Positions 1 through 10,029 of a stretch of DNA of 64,000 nucleotides are shown here, in pieces. How positions within the stretch are numbered: the first letter of the stretch is position 1; each line of letters starts with the position of its first letter. Origin of the DNA: Pyrinomonadaceae bacterium (GTDB taxonomy: Bacteria; Acidobacteriota; Blastocatellia; Pyrinomonadales; Pyrinomonadaceae); the NCBI GenBank assembly GCA_036506215.1, contig DASXSC010000093.1:386-64385 (forward strand), written 5' to 3'. A model generated the notes under the pieces. The model did not search any database. It was not told the DNA's origin and worked only from the letters and a program-made list of their open reading frames with translations. A program made the translations under genes and the position numbers.

Positions 1-79
1 GTTCGCCAGTTTCAGTTTTCAAATAACAGATCGTTTGTTGTCGTGCATGAAAGTCAACGCCGATATATATTGTGTTCAT

Positions 80-158
80 AGCGCCTCCTTCCAGTCTCAT
101 GTCTTGAGCGACACTGCGCGACTGGTCCGTGAGTTTAGCACTCACGGAAGGAGGCGCT
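80..158. repeat. Hairpin with 13-bp stem (agcgcctccttcc / ggaaggaggcgct) and nested gtgag/ctcac stem
   Basis: Perfect reverse-complement arms read directly at 80-92 and 146-158. Confidence 0.6.
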
Positions 159-170
159 TGCTTCATAACA

Positions 171-532
171 TCAGTACCACCTCGCGGTAGCGGGTGGGTC
201 TCCCGGGGATAGATCGGTCCGCGCACCGAACTTGCTCAGAAAGGGTTGGGTGAAGCGGCGACAAGTCTTTGACATCCGATGCGCGGTAAGTCTCCGACTT
301 ACCGAAGACCGTAGCCCAGTTTTCCGGTCTTTGACCGGAGTCTCAAAGGTCGGAGACCTTAAATTTTAGAAAGGTCGCCGGCAAGTCGGAGACTTGCCGC
401 GCATCGGAGGTCAAAGACCTTACCTGCAAATTGAAAATCCCGAGGAAGACCCACCGGCTACCGCCTGGTGGTACTGACCTCATCGCACCGCAGGGTTGCT
501 AATGTGCGCATCGTTCAAACTGCATCAGTACC
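171..532 (-). repeat. Family-B structured repeat element (reverse orientation): ~85-nt conserved head plus nested long inverted repeats
   Basis: Outer arms 171-202 / 445-477 (tcagtaccacctcgcggtagcgggtgggtct vs gaagacccaccggctaccgcctggtggtactga). Inner arms 264-304 / 380-421. The reverse complement of 440-532 aligns with 59957-60040. Confidence 0.65.
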
Positions 533-545
533 CACCGGCTTTGTT

Positions 546-2486
546 TTACCTGTCAATAAATTGTCGCTGCCAAAGTTCTAGATTCAGTAACTGAAAAACC
601 TGGAGGCTGAAGTCCTCACGACTTGAGAGGTTGGCTTCGATGATTCGCTTCACTTCCTCCGGTCGAAACAGACCACGCTCTCTAACTACTGCATCCGACA
701 ACAGCTCCCCGACCAGCGGACGCAAGGGCCCACGCAGCCAGGAGCGAATGGGTGCGCCAAAACCGGCTTTCTTTCGCCATACCACATCATGCGGGAAGAG
801 TTTTTCGAGGGCGCGCTTAAGAATATATTTCCGTTTGAAGCCACGCAGTTTTAGGTGCGGCGGCATGCGCGCGGTGAATTCAATCATCTGCCGATTGAGA
901 AACGGCACTCTAACTTCCAGGTTCGCGGCCATCGAAGTTTTGTCGGTAGTTATCAGATTCAAACAAGGCAGGAACGTTTTGAGATCGACGTACAGCAGGC
1001 GGTTCAGCGGCGCAGCGTCACGCACGCGAGCAAAGTAGCGGCGATGGGAGGAATAAGCGTCCAGGCCTTTTGTCGCCTCGCGCATATCGTCGGAATAGAG
1101 TTGCTGTTTGGCATCGTCTGTGAAGTACGTGCCGTAACCGAGATATCGTTCTTCAAAGTCGAGACCGGCGCTGCGTGCAAACTTTTTGGCATTGCGCAGC
1201 GGCGCTGTCAATCGTCCCGGCAGACCGCCCGGCAACGCGCGGGCGAGCGTCTTCATTAGTGGACTGCGCAACATCGAGGGCACCGGGTCGAAAGCGCCGG
1301 CGATCTTCATCGCCAGCTGCCGTGGGTAGCCGGCAAACACTTCGTCACCGCCCATGCCTGATAACATCACGCGCAGCGTCTCGCGGGCGGCTTGCGAAAT
1401 CAGGTAGCTTGGTATGGCCATGTCGATGGCCGGCTCGTCCATGTGATAGACCAACTTCGGCAACAACTCGGCCAGCGCAGGCTGCAACATTATTTCGTGG
1501 TAATCGGTATCAAGATGTTGATTGACCCGGCGCGCCCACTCGACATCGTCCGGGATAATGTCGTAACGCAGATCCTCGGATTCAATGCCGGCGGTGTAAG
1601 TGGAAACGCGCCGCCCGTTGCTATGACGTTTCATCATCGCGACGATGCCTGAAGAATCGATCCCTCCAGACAGAAACGAACCAAGTGGCACGTCTGCAAC
1701 CATCTCCTTCGTGACTACGCTATCGAGTGTCTCGAGCACTTGCCCCTGCCACCACGCTTCGCTGCGGCCTTCTTCAATCTCGGCAAAGGAAACATCCCAC
1801 CATTCATTGAGCTTGATCTCATCATTATGAAAAGTGAGACTGTGGGCCGGTGGGAGCGTCTTGATCCCGCGAAACAACGTATTCGGATCGGGAGTCCAGA
1901 GGAACGTTAAAAACTGGTTCAACGATTCCGGGTCGAGCGCTCGGTTGACCAGGCGACTGGCCAGTATGGCTTTAACTTCGGATCCAAAGATGAGCGAACC
2001 CGGTTGGCCCGCTGTGCCGGAGACATAGGCATAATAAAGAGGCTTGATGCCAACGTGATCGCGCGCAAGCGTTAACCTGCGCTCCTGGTTGTCCCAGACA
2101 GCGAAGTGAAACATACCATTGAGGCGCGGCAAACATTCGGTGCCCCATTCCGCAAAAGCAGTCAGCAGTACTTCCGTGTCCGTCTCGGTCGTGAATAAGT
2201 GGGCCTTGCTCTGCAGCTGCTCGCGTAACGCGCGATAGTTATAAATCTCGCCGCCGAAACTAATGACATAACGACCATCAGCGGAAAGCATTGGTTGATG
2301 TCCGGCCCGGCTTGTATCGATGATTGCCAAACGACGATGGCCCAAACAGGCGTGCCGGCCCGCGTCGTCAATCGCTTCTGAGGCCCACACACCTTCGTCG
2401 TCGCGCCCACGGTGCTCGATGGTCTGCAACATCGCAGCCATCCGTCGTTCAGGATTAAGACTGATTAGTCCGGCAATTCCACACAT
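546..2486 (-). CDS. asnB: Asparagine synthase (glutamine-hydrolysing) family amidotransferase, paralog 1
   Basis: N-terminal MCGIAG (Ntn Cys2 nucleophile), SGGIDSS PP-loop motif, 646 aa. Sits in a polysaccharide locus, so WbpS-like sugar amidation is possible. Confidence 0.9.
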   Translation of the reverse strand: MCGIAGLISLNPERRMAAMLQTIEHRGRDDEGVWASEAIDDAGRHACLGHRRLAIIDTSRAGHQPMLSADGRYVISFGGEIYNYRALREQLQSKAHLFTTETDTEVLLTAFAEWGTECLPRLNGMFHFAVWDNQERRLTLARDHVGIKPLYYAYVSGTAGQPGSLIFGSEVKAILASRLVNRALDPESLNQFLTFLWTPDPNTLFRGIKTLPPAHSLTFHNDEIKLNEWWDVSFAEIEEGRSEAWWQGQVLETLDSVVTKEMVADVPLGSFLSGGIDSSGIVAMMKRHSNGRRVSTYTAGIESEDLRYDIIPDDVEWARRVNQHLDTDYHEIMLQPALAELLPKLVYHMDEPAIDMAIPSYLISQAARETLRVMLSGMGGDEVFAGYPRQLAMKIAGAFDPVPSMLRSPLMKTLARALPGGLPGRLTAPLRNAKKFARSAGLDFEERYLGYGTYFTDDAKQQLYSDDMREATKGLDAYSSHRRYFARVRDAAPLNRLLYVDLKTFLPCLNLITTDKTSMAANLEVRVPFLNRQMIEFTARMPPHLKLRGFKRKYILKRALEKLFPHDVVWRKKAGFGAPIRSWLRGPLRPLVGELLSDAVVRERGLFRPEEVKRIIEANLSSREDFSLQVFQLLNLELWQRQFIDR

Positions 2487-2497
2487 GATCTAAAAAA

Positions 2498-2628
2498 GTG
2501 ACGAGTGATGAGTGGTGAGCGTCAAGAGGTTCAGAGTTCAACCGTTAGGTTGCCTCTCTCGTATGAACGCAAGCTAAAGCTTGAACTCTGAACTTCTTGA
2601 CGCTCATCACTCATCACTCATCACTCAT
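2498..2628. repeat. Long palindromic intercistronic element (family A core with heptamer-periodic outer arms)
   Basis: Left arm gtgacgagtgatgagtggtgagcgtcaagaggttcagagttcaac; right arm ttgaactctgaacttcttgacgctcatcactcatcactcatcac. Lies between the oxidoreductase stop and the asnB start. Confidence 0.75.
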
Positions 2629-4793
2629 GTCTCAGTATTCATCACCTTTGAACGCTTTCCCATTCGCAGCGAATCAATTATGCGAAAGGTAGCTCGAGTC
2701 GTAGCTTCGAGCTGCTCGAGAGTAATGGGCGCGGGCTTTCCCTCTGCAACAACGGCACAGGCGACACGTGCTTCTTCCGGCTGCCCCTTGTCCTGTTGTC
2801 GCAGATTCTCCTTTTTCTCGCGGCCGCCGGCATAAAGCCTGGCGCTGCGAAAGTCGTCAATGACGAAAGTTTTTCCTTCACCAAAAACTTCGATGCGCTC
2901 TTTTGCCAGGCTCTTGTCACCTTCGGCGAGATACGCAACAACTCCGTTTGATCCATCGCCGAACTGCAGCGTGATAAGGACAGAATCTTCACCGACGATA
3001 TCGCCACGACCAGCAGCGACTCCTTCGGCGTAGACACTGGTTGGCGGCGCGTCGGTAAGGAACTGCATCAAGTCGACGAAGTGACAGACTTCGCCGATAA
3101 TTCGTCCCCCGCCTTCGCTCGGATCCTGCGTCCAGTGTTCGCGCGGAAGGCGGCCGGCATTGACTCGGTAAACGATGGAAAGTGGCGATTGGCGTCCGGC
3201 AAAAATATCCCTGGCCCTGGCAGCGAAAGGCGAAAAGCGGCGGTTGAATCCAACCATTAACCGGCCTTGAGAGTTTGATGCCGCCTCCAGCACGCGATCT
3301 AATTCAGTGTCGTTGAGCGCGAGCGGCTTTTCCACGAAGACGTGTTTGCCATGCTCCAGCGCCAGCCTCGTGAGTTCCGCGTGCGAACCGTGCCGCGTGG
3401 CAACAACAATTAGGTTCGCCTCACTGTCATCAATGACGCTTTGCGCGTCGGAGAGAAAACGTGCGAAGCCGTATTTAGTACCGACGTCATGCGCTGAGAC
3501 ACCGGAGGCCGAAGCAACTGAACAAAACTCGGCGCCTGCTGCCTTGAAGTTCGGCAGGAGAACTTTTTGCGCGTAGTCGCCGGCGCCGATCAAGCCAACG
3601 CGAACGTTCCCTGATCCTGGTTGCGCTCTCCTGGCAACCGATGGGTTCTCAATGCGGCGGTTAACTACGGCTTCAGTATCGTAAGTAAGGATGACCGCCA
3701 GATACTTTTCGTTTGTGCGACCGGAAATCACTTCGTAAGCGCGTCGCGCGTCCTCGATGGAAAATCGATGCGTGATGAGCGGTTTCACATCAAGACGCCC
3801 CGCAGCCAACAGGTCGAGGAAAGCTTCAATGTTGCGGCCCTCGGTCCAACGCACATATGCTATCGGGTAGTCATGTCCTCGTTCCTCGTAATCGGGATCA
3901 TGCCGGCCCGGCCCATACGAAAGCGAAACTTTCAGAGTCAGCTCGCGAGGGTAATAGATATTGCGCGGCACATTCATGCCGACCATGCCAACCGCCACCA
4001 CGCGACCCTTCAACCGGGAAATCTCGCCGGCCAGCTCGATGGGTTCACTTGACGCTGCGGCGGCAGCGATGATGCAAGCGTCGGCACCACGCCCTCTGGA
4101 CCAGGCCATTACCCTCTGTATCGCATCATTAGGAATGCATCCATCATCGGCGCCGGACGTGCGTGCCAGTTGAATACGTGTTTCGTCGATGTCGATTCCA
4201 AAGACACGACAACCATTCGCCTGCAACAGTTGCACCGTGAGCTGGCCAACCAGACCTAGCCCGATAACTACGACTGACTCGCCGATTGTTGGCTCGGCAA
4301 GACGAACACCCTGCAATGCGATCGCCCCGACTGTGCCGAAGGCTCCTTCTTCAAAACTCAATTGATCGGGTAAGCGCACGCATAGATTTCGCGGCACCGA
4401 GATCACTTGCGCGTGCGATGCGTAGTCGGTGCCCGCACAAGCAACGCGATCCCCGGCGCGAAACTCAGTCACATCGTTCGCAGTTTCAATTACTATTCCG
4501 TTCGCGCTATAACCGACTGCGTGCGATTGATCGAGTTTGTCGCGCACGTCGTCAAGCGCCTGCGCCAACCCGTCATTTTTTACCTTCTCCCAGACTTTTC
4601 CGATTAGCTCAGGCCTTTCCCTGGCTTTTCCTAACAGGCCTTTCTGACCGAGCTCAGCCAACGCGCGCTCAGTGCCGGCGCTGATCAGAGATGCGGCAGT
4701 GCGAACCAGTACGCGGCCAGGTTGGACCACCGGCACGGGTACTTCCGCCACTGTGCCTTCGCCTGTTCTCAAGTTTTGCAAAAGCTGCTTCAT
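2625..4793 (-). CDS. Bi-domain oxidoreductase (Zn-type alcohol dehydrogenase/MDR domain fused to a Gfo/Idh/MocA domain)
   Basis: N-terminal half has MDR-like GLGLVGQL Rossmann motif; C-terminal half has VGLIGAGDYA and EKPLAL (Gfo/Idh/MocA). Start moved to MKQLLQNLRTG (ATG 4793), the typical N-terminus of this family. Confidence 0.8.
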   Translation of the reverse strand: MKQLLQNLRTGEGTVAEVPVPVVQPGRVLVRTAASLISAGTERALAELGQKGLLGKARERPELIGKVWEKVKNDGLAQALDDVRDKLDQSHAVGYSANGIVIETANDVTEFRAGDRVACAGTDYASHAQVISVPRNLCVRLPDQLSFEEGAFGTVGAIALQGVRLAEPTIGESVVVIGLGLVGQLTVQLLQANGCRVFGIDIDETRIQLARTSGADDGCIPNDAIQRVMAWSRGRGADACIIAAAAASSEPIELAGEISRLKGRVVAVGMVGMNVPRNIYYPRELTLKVSLSYGPGRHDPDYEERGHDYPIAYVRWTEGRNIEAFLDLLAAGRLDVKPLITHRFSIEDARRAYEVISGRTNEKYLAVILTYDTEAVVNRRIENPSVARRAQPGSGNVRVGLIGAGDYAQKVLLPNFKAAGAEFCSVASASGVSAHDVGTKYGFARFLSDAQSVIDDSEANLIVVATRHGSHAELTRLALEHGKHVFVEKPLALNDTELDRVLEAASNSQGRLMVGFNRRFSPFAARARDIFAGRQSPLSIVYRVNAGRLPREHWTQDPSEGGGRIIGEVCHFVDLMQFLTDAPPTSVYAEGVAAGRGDIVGEDSVLITLQFGDGSNGVVAYLAEGDKSLAKERIEVFGEGKTFVIDDFRSARLYAGGREKKENLRQQDKGQPEEARVACAVVAEGKPAPITLEQLEATTRATFRIIDSLRMGKRSKVMNTET

Positions 4794-4835
4794 CGGGTTT
4801 CTGCGATCATTTTCCACTATCGTCCAAAAAAATTG

Positions 4836-4973
4836 GCCGCGGATTTACGCGGATGAAACGCGGATCAGAACAGATAAAGGTTTAGGGAATTCACGAGTGC
4901 TATTCACGTCTCCGCTAGTCGTGGACTTTAATTTGGTTTTTCAGATCCGCGTTCATCCGCGCAAATCCGCGGC
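4836..4973. repeat. Family-D inverted repeat (~30-bp arms gccgcggatttacgcggatgaaacgcggatc / gatccgcgttcatccgcgcaaatccgcggc)
   Basis: Arms read at 4836-4866 and 4944-4973. The right arm overlaps the last ~6 codons and stop of the GT gene. Confidence 0.7.
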
Positions 4974-6206
4974 TAAAGTTCTCTCAATCAGGTCGGAAAC
5001 CCATTCAGAGCGCGCGTCCCACGTTCCGCTCGAAACCGCCGCTTGCCGGGCCCGCGCAGCCGCGGGCTCGTTTTCCGCCAACGCTTCTTCCACCAGGCGA
5101 AACCAGTCATCGTGGCTGCGCGCAATACGCAACACCCCGCTCATGGATTCGTATTCCGGCAGAGGTGATATCACAACCGGAAGTCCGGTTGCTAAATACT
5201 CACGCACCTTGATCGCCGAACCATAACTCGTAAATGAGTGCGCAGTGTCCCACGGCAGCACGCAGACATCAAAACCGGCGGCATATTTTGGCAACTCCTG
5301 ATAGGGCACCGGCGGCAAGAAATGGGTGTTCGGCAACGCCTCAACTTCGACGCCGCGCGACTTATTACCAATGAAAACCCACTGCCAATCAGGCCGCTCC
5401 CGCGCCGCGCGCTTGATCAGTTCCTGGTCGACCAGCCAGGGCTCTATCGCCCCAAAATAGCCAAGCCGCGGCCGAGGAATACGCGCCACTGCCTCAGCGA
5501 CGGTGAGGTTACCCGCGCCTACCTGCGACCAGTGTGCGAAATCGACCGCCTGTTCCAAAAGGTAGGAGCGTTCTCCGGCCCGTTCGGCTTCCGCCAGAAG
5601 CTTTTGGCCTGAATAGAAGACGAGGTCAGCGTTATCGATTGCGCGGTCATGCAACCTCCTAATCGTCAACTGATCCGTGGCGTGGTCCATCACATTCGCC
5701 TCATACTTGTCCGACACCTGATAGATCACCAGCTGTTCATCAAACTGGCCAATCATGTCCGCCGCCGTCGGAATCGCAATCCAAAGGATTGGCCGGGAAA
5801 GACCTGCGCTGCGCGCAAGCCGGCCAATTTGCATTGCCAGCAACTTGCGGTTGACAGCGCGTGCAGCCAGGCTACCAAAGAACGGAATAACTGCCGGTGA
5901 GACAACGGTCACTCCTTCCGGTGTAGAACGCGCCAGCCGAGCATAAGAACGAAGCTTGCGAACAATGCGAGGTAGCAAGTCTTTGTTTCCGAGAGCAGGC
6001 AGGCCCATCGAAATCGAGTTTACAAAGATCACCCGGTTGCCGGCCTTTGCGAAACGTCGCATCAGATGGTACTTCGAGTGGGGATGGTGATACCACCAAT
6101 CCTCACCGGCGAAACAGATAATCGAGTGTCCCTGGATCACTTTGGCTCTGTATAATCCCAGCACTCCAGCGTGGCTGCCCCGCCGGGGCCTCCGCGCACC
6201 GAGCAA
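4953..6206 (-). CDS. Glycosyltransferase, GT-B fold (family 1/4-like)
   Basis: IICFAGEDWWYHHPHS N-terminus and C-terminal GSAIKVREYLATGLPVV motif. The TTG start at 6206 would abut the divergent gene, so the GTG at 6140 (VIQGHSIICF) is an equally plausible start. Confidence 0.7.
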   Translation of the reverse strand: MLGARRPRRGSHAGVLGLYRAKVIQGHSIICFAGEDWWYHHPHSKYHLMRRFAKAGNRVIFVNSISMGLPALGNKDLLPRIVRKLRSYARLARSTPEGVTVVSPAVIPFFGSLAARAVNRKLLAMQIGRLARSAGLSRPILWIAIPTAADMIGQFDEQLVIYQVSDKYEANVMDHATDQLTIRRLHDRAIDNADLVFYSGQKLLAEAERAGERSYLLEQAVDFAHWSQVGAGNLTVAEAVARIPRPRLGYFGAIEPWLVDQELIKRAARERPDWQWVFIGNKSRGVEVEALPNTHFLPPVPYQELPKYAAGFDVCVLPWDTAHSFTSYGSAIKVREYLATGLPVVISPLPEYESMSGVLRIARSHDDWFRLVEEALAENEPAAARARQAAVSSGTWDARSEWVSDLIERTLAADLRG

Positions 6207-7675
6207 TGAAGCACGACAATAACGACGGCCGAAAAGTGGATCATTCTTGTGTTCCGCAACAACCTAAGGTGAATCGTCTCGCACCGCGGCGCCAATTACT
6301 AATTCTTTCCTTGATCTTTTTCACTGCGCTCGGAGTTAGACTGCTGAATTGTCATGCCCTCCGTAACGAAGTTTCAGTGGTCCAGACCAGGGTCGTACTC
6401 AATTACAAACATCAGGCAAACTTAATTCGTGAGAATGGTCTCGTCTCGCTTTACGACGCTTCATCGGCAACGAACAATCCCGACTTGCTTGGACACCCGT
6501 TGGGTTATCCAATTTTGCTGTCATTGATCTACCGCCTCGCTCCCGGGTCAGACACAACCACGCCGGTACTGCAGATGATGCTCGATTCGCTCGCCGTTGT
6601 GATCATTTGCCTGATCGCCTGGGATCTCTTTCCCATGGCTGTTGGCGTTATTGCCGGGCTACTGGCCGCCTTCGCTCCACAGTTTAGCTGGAATTCCATT
6701 TTGCTATTGCCGGACTCGCTGGCAGCGTTGCCAATCGTGCTGGCTGTCCTTGCGGTTGTTCGAACCCGCCATCAGCATCCCACGCGGGCTGCCCGTGCCG
6801 GGACGGCGCATCGAACCAGGCAGCTGAGCTCGATTCTGGCAGCGGGCGCGCTGATTGGCGTCTCCTGCTGGCTCCGAGCAAACGCCCTTCTGCTCGCGCC
6901 TTTTTTAGCGCTGTTGTTCCCTATCATTTACAAACGTGGCGAACGATTACGTCGCGCTCTCGTGCTCCTCGGCGGCGCCTGCCTGGTGATTGCTCCGCTC
7001 ACAATTCGGAATGCGATCGTTTTTGGCAAGTTTATTCCCGTGTCACTGGGAGCCGGGCAAACGCTCATCGAAGGCATTGCAGATTACAACATCGATGGGA
7101 GTCTTGGCTTGCCACAGACAGACGTGGAACTTATTCGCGGAGAAGCCGAAACTTTCCAGCGGCCCGATTATGCTGGTTCGCTATTTGCCACCGACGGACC
7201 CGAGCGTGACCGTACGCGTCTGGCACGCGGCCTTCGTGTCATTCGGGCGCACCCCTTCTGGTTCTGTGGCGTGATGGTTCGCAGGGCAGCTTCAATGCTG
7301 CGGCTCGAGCGCACGCCTTTGCGACTGGCAACAACAGATTCTGGCACGTGGCAGTATTTATTTCAGTGGCCCTTGCGCGCTGTGCAAAAGCTTTTCATCA
7401 CGGTAATCTTCCTGCCGCTGGTTTTGCTCGGCGCCGGCATTCTCGTGTACCGGCGCCAGTTTCAAGATCTCGCGATTCTGCTCTCTGTTCCGGGTTACTA
7501 CTTCTGCACACAGTCAGCCTTGCATACTGAATATCGCTACGTACTAGTCATTCACTATTTTCTTTTTATGCTGGCCGCGGTGGCCCTATACACAATCGCG
7601 TACGTGCTCGCCAAAGCATTTCAGGGATCCGCCAAATCCTTGAGTGAATCTAATAAGGTAGCCATAAGTCCATAA
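6206..7675 (+). CDS. Polytopic membrane protein, GT-C-like (GT39/83, ArnT/PMT-like) glycosyltransferase
   Basis: About 10 or more hydrophobic helices, 489 aa, located in a glycan locus. No catalytic motif verified. Confidence 0.5.
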   Translation: MKHDNNDGRKVDHSCVPQQPKVNRLAPRRQLLILSLIFFTALGVRLLNCHALRNEVSVVQTRVVLNYKHQANLIRENGLVSLYDASSATNNPDLLGHPLGYPILLSLIYRLAPGSDTTTPVLQMMLDSLAVVIICLIAWDLFPMAVGVIAGLLAAFAPQFSWNSILLLPDSLAALPIVLAVLAVVRTRHQHPTRAARAGTAHRTRQLSSILAAGALIGVSCWLRANALLLAPFLALLFPIIYKRGERLRRALVLLGGACLVIAPLTIRNAIVFGKFIPVSLGAGQTLIEGIADYNIDGSLGLPQTDVELIRGEAETFQRPDYAGSLFATDGPERDRTRLARGLRVIRAHPFWFCGVMVRRAASMLRLERTPLRLATTDSGTWQYLFQWPLRAVQKLFITVIFLPLVLLGAGILVYRRQFQDLAILLSVPGYYFCTQSALHTEYRYVLVIHYFLFMLAAVALYTIAYVLAKAFQGSAKSLSESNKVAISP

Positions 7676-7775
7676 ATCGAATTTCACGTTTGCAGGCGTT
7701 ATTATACAGATGAGAGTACGAAGCAGCAGCGCATCGTTCGCCGGTAACAACCACAGGAAGATTTAAGAAAGAACA

Positions 7776-8867
7776 ATGACTCAGCAGATAGTTTTACTTG
7801 GGCCGTATCCGCCACCGCACGGTGGTGTGGCGACTTTCACCAAAGCGCTTTTCGAGTTCACTAAGGACGAAGGCGTCGAGTTGTGGGCGGCAGGAGAGGG
7901 CTTGCGTGAGACGCCGAACGTCAGCCCAATCAACTACAGGCGACTGGGACTCATTCCGCTTCTGCTGAGCCGGGGATTCAAGGCAAGAATCATTGATTCA
8001 TTTCATTTCTTAATCGAGTACCCGAATTTGGTGATGATTCCGTTATGGGTGCTGCTAAAACTGTTACTGCGTTTCGAGTGGGTCAAGGTCGTGCACGACG
8101 GCTCTCTGCCTTCGAGGTACGAAAGCTTTAGCCGGTTTCGTAAACTGCTTTTCAGGCTCTCAGTTAATTCGGTTGATGAGTTCACGACCGTTAACGACAA
8201 AATCAACGACTTTTTGCGGACTGTAATCTGTGTGCGCCAGGAAGTCAGAACCATGAACGCCCTGCTTCCGTTACCCGACAGCGAGCTTAACGCCGCGTTG
8301 CCGGAAGAGCTGGAGGAGGCGCTCGCTCGTTATGACAAAATTGTTGTCTCCACCGGTGTATTCATTCCCAGTTACGGGTTCGCGCATGCGGCTCAGGCGG
8401 TAGAGAGAATTCGGCGTGAGACTAGTGACAACATCGGACTCGTGCTAATAGACGGGGGCTTTGTGTGCGACGAGGCTTATCGCGCACAGATGTTAAGAGA
8501 GCGCGAGTGGATCAGCGTGCTGGAGAAAGTTCCGCATCCGCAAGTGCTGCAAATCTTCAAACGGAGCGATGTGTTCGTCCGCGGGTTCCGGCACGAAGGA
8601 TATGGACTGTCGCGAATAGAAGCTGTGTGGTGCGGCATCCCGGTCATCGCCGCAATGGGTGAAGAGAGCCGCGGCATGCTCCTTTACGAGTTCGGCGATT
8701 TGGACGCGTTAGTCAGGCACCTGAAGGAAGCGTTGCAAAATCCGCCGACCGAGCAGCTCATGCAGTGGGCAGCGAAGTTTCAGCGCCAGGCAGAAGAGAA
8801 CCTCGAAAACTGGAAGAGAATCATGAAGCTTGATCCTAGAGATTCGCGATCGCAAGCTAAAGCTTGA
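7776..8867 (+). CDS. Glycosyltransferase, GT-B fold (GT4-like)
   Basis: IVLLGPYPPPHGGVATF N-terminus; HEGYGLSRIEAVWCGIPVIA (E-x7-E-like GT4 motif). The last codons run into a family-A repeat half-site (8852-8882). Confidence 0.8.
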   Translation: MTQQIVLLGPYPPPHGGVATFTKALFEFTKDEGVELWAAGEGLRETPNVSPINYRRLGLIPLLLSRGFKARIIDSFHFLIEYPNLVMIPLWVLLKLLLRFEWVKVVHDGSLPSRYESFSRFRKLLFRLSVNSVDEFTTVNDKINDFLRTVICVRQEVRTMNALLPLPDSELNAALPEELEEALARYDKIVVSTGVFIPSYGFAHAAQAVERIRRETSDNIGLVLIDGGFVCDEAYRAQMLREREWISVLEKVPHPQVLQIFKRSDVFVRGFRHEGYGLSRIEAVWCGIPVIAAMGEESRGMLLYEFGDLDALVRHLKEALQNPPTEQLMQWAAKFQRQAEENLENWKRIMKLDPRDSRSQAKA

Positions 8868-8911
8868 ACTCAAAACTCCTTGTCTGATTGCAAAGATCGT
8901 AAAGTAAAAAA

Positions 8912-9904
8912 ATGATCGCAACTGAGTTGGAGGAAGAGACTGAACAAGTATTCCACGATCAGCCACCGACCGTCTCCGTGGTTGTCCCTTCCTACAATCA
9001 CGCGCGATTTATTGAAGCAACCTTGCGCTCGATCATGAAGCAAACGCTCTGGCCGGCGCAGTTGACCGTTATCGACGATGGCTCGAGCGATGATTCAACG
9101 GCTGTAATTGAAAAGGTGCTTGACGATTGCCCTTTCCCCTGCGAACTCGTAGCCAGGGACAACCGTGGTTTATGTGCGACTTTAAACGAAGGGTTTGCGC
9201 GCACTCGCGGAGATTATTTCGCTTATCTCGGTTCGGACGACTTGTGGCTGCCCGATTTTCTAAGAGCGCGAGTCAGCCTGCTCAACTCACGACCCGATGC
9301 CGTACTGGCTTACGGTCACGCCTATTTTATTGACGAACAAAATCGCATCATTGACTCGACTGCGGACTGGGCCCGTTATGCGGATGGCAATGTGCGCGAG
9401 ATGCTCTTGCAAACCACGGCGCCGATGAGTCCGACGGTGCTGTATCGCCGTGAAGCTCTCGAGCAACAACGCTGGAATGAACAGTCGAAACTGGAAGACT
9501 ACGATTTGTATCTGCGTCTGAGCGCCGTGGGACCGTTTGCGTTTGATCCCCGGCTCTTATCAGCCTGGCGCCGGCATAGTTCCAATGTCAGTTGGGATCA
9601 AACGCTCATGCTTGAGGAGCAGTTGCAGGCGCAACGCGCGGCAGCGTTGAGCTTTGGTTTCACTGCCAGGCAGATTGAAGACCTGCAAAGGGCGACCAGA
9701 TTCAGCCGTGCGGAAGATTTCCTAAGAGTTGGGCAAAAGTCGCAGGCGCTGCGTTTGCTAATACATAACTTGAGGGGTGTTGATTCGCCACGCACGACCG
9801 CAAAAATCTTGCTGAGACTGCTGATTCCTGGTTCGATCATGCGCTGGCGTGCGCGGCTCCGGCAACGACGGGCACACGGCCGTTACGGAACGATTAACCT
9901 GTAG
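8912..9904 (+). CDS. Glycosyltransferase family 2
   Basis: VSVVVPSYNHARFIEATLRSI, VIDDGSSDDS and LGSDD motifs. Confidence 0.85.
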   Translation: MIATELEEETEQVFHDQPPTVSVVVPSYNHARFIEATLRSIMKQTLWPAQLTVIDDGSSDDSTAVIEKVLDDCPFPCELVARDNRGLCATLNEGFARTRGDYFAYLGSDDLWLPDFLRARVSLLNSRPDAVLAYGHAYFIDEQNRIIDSTADWARYADGNVREMLLQTTAPMSPTVLYRREALEQQRWNEQSKLEDYDLYLRLSAVGPFAFDPRLLSAWRRHSSNVSWDQTLMLEEQLQAQRAAALSFGFTARQIEDLQRATRFSRAEDFLRVGQKSQALRLLIHNLRGVDSPRTTAKILLRLLIPGSIMRWRARLRQRRAHGRYGTINL

Positions 9905-10029
9905 CGAACGGATAATAAGCCACCGATAAACATCGATCGACACGGATTCCGGCACGAGCTAACGCAGCTCACTCGGCCTTGGGGTTTTTCAGATTCTTAT
10001 TCATCCGTGTTTATCTATGGCATTTTCCA

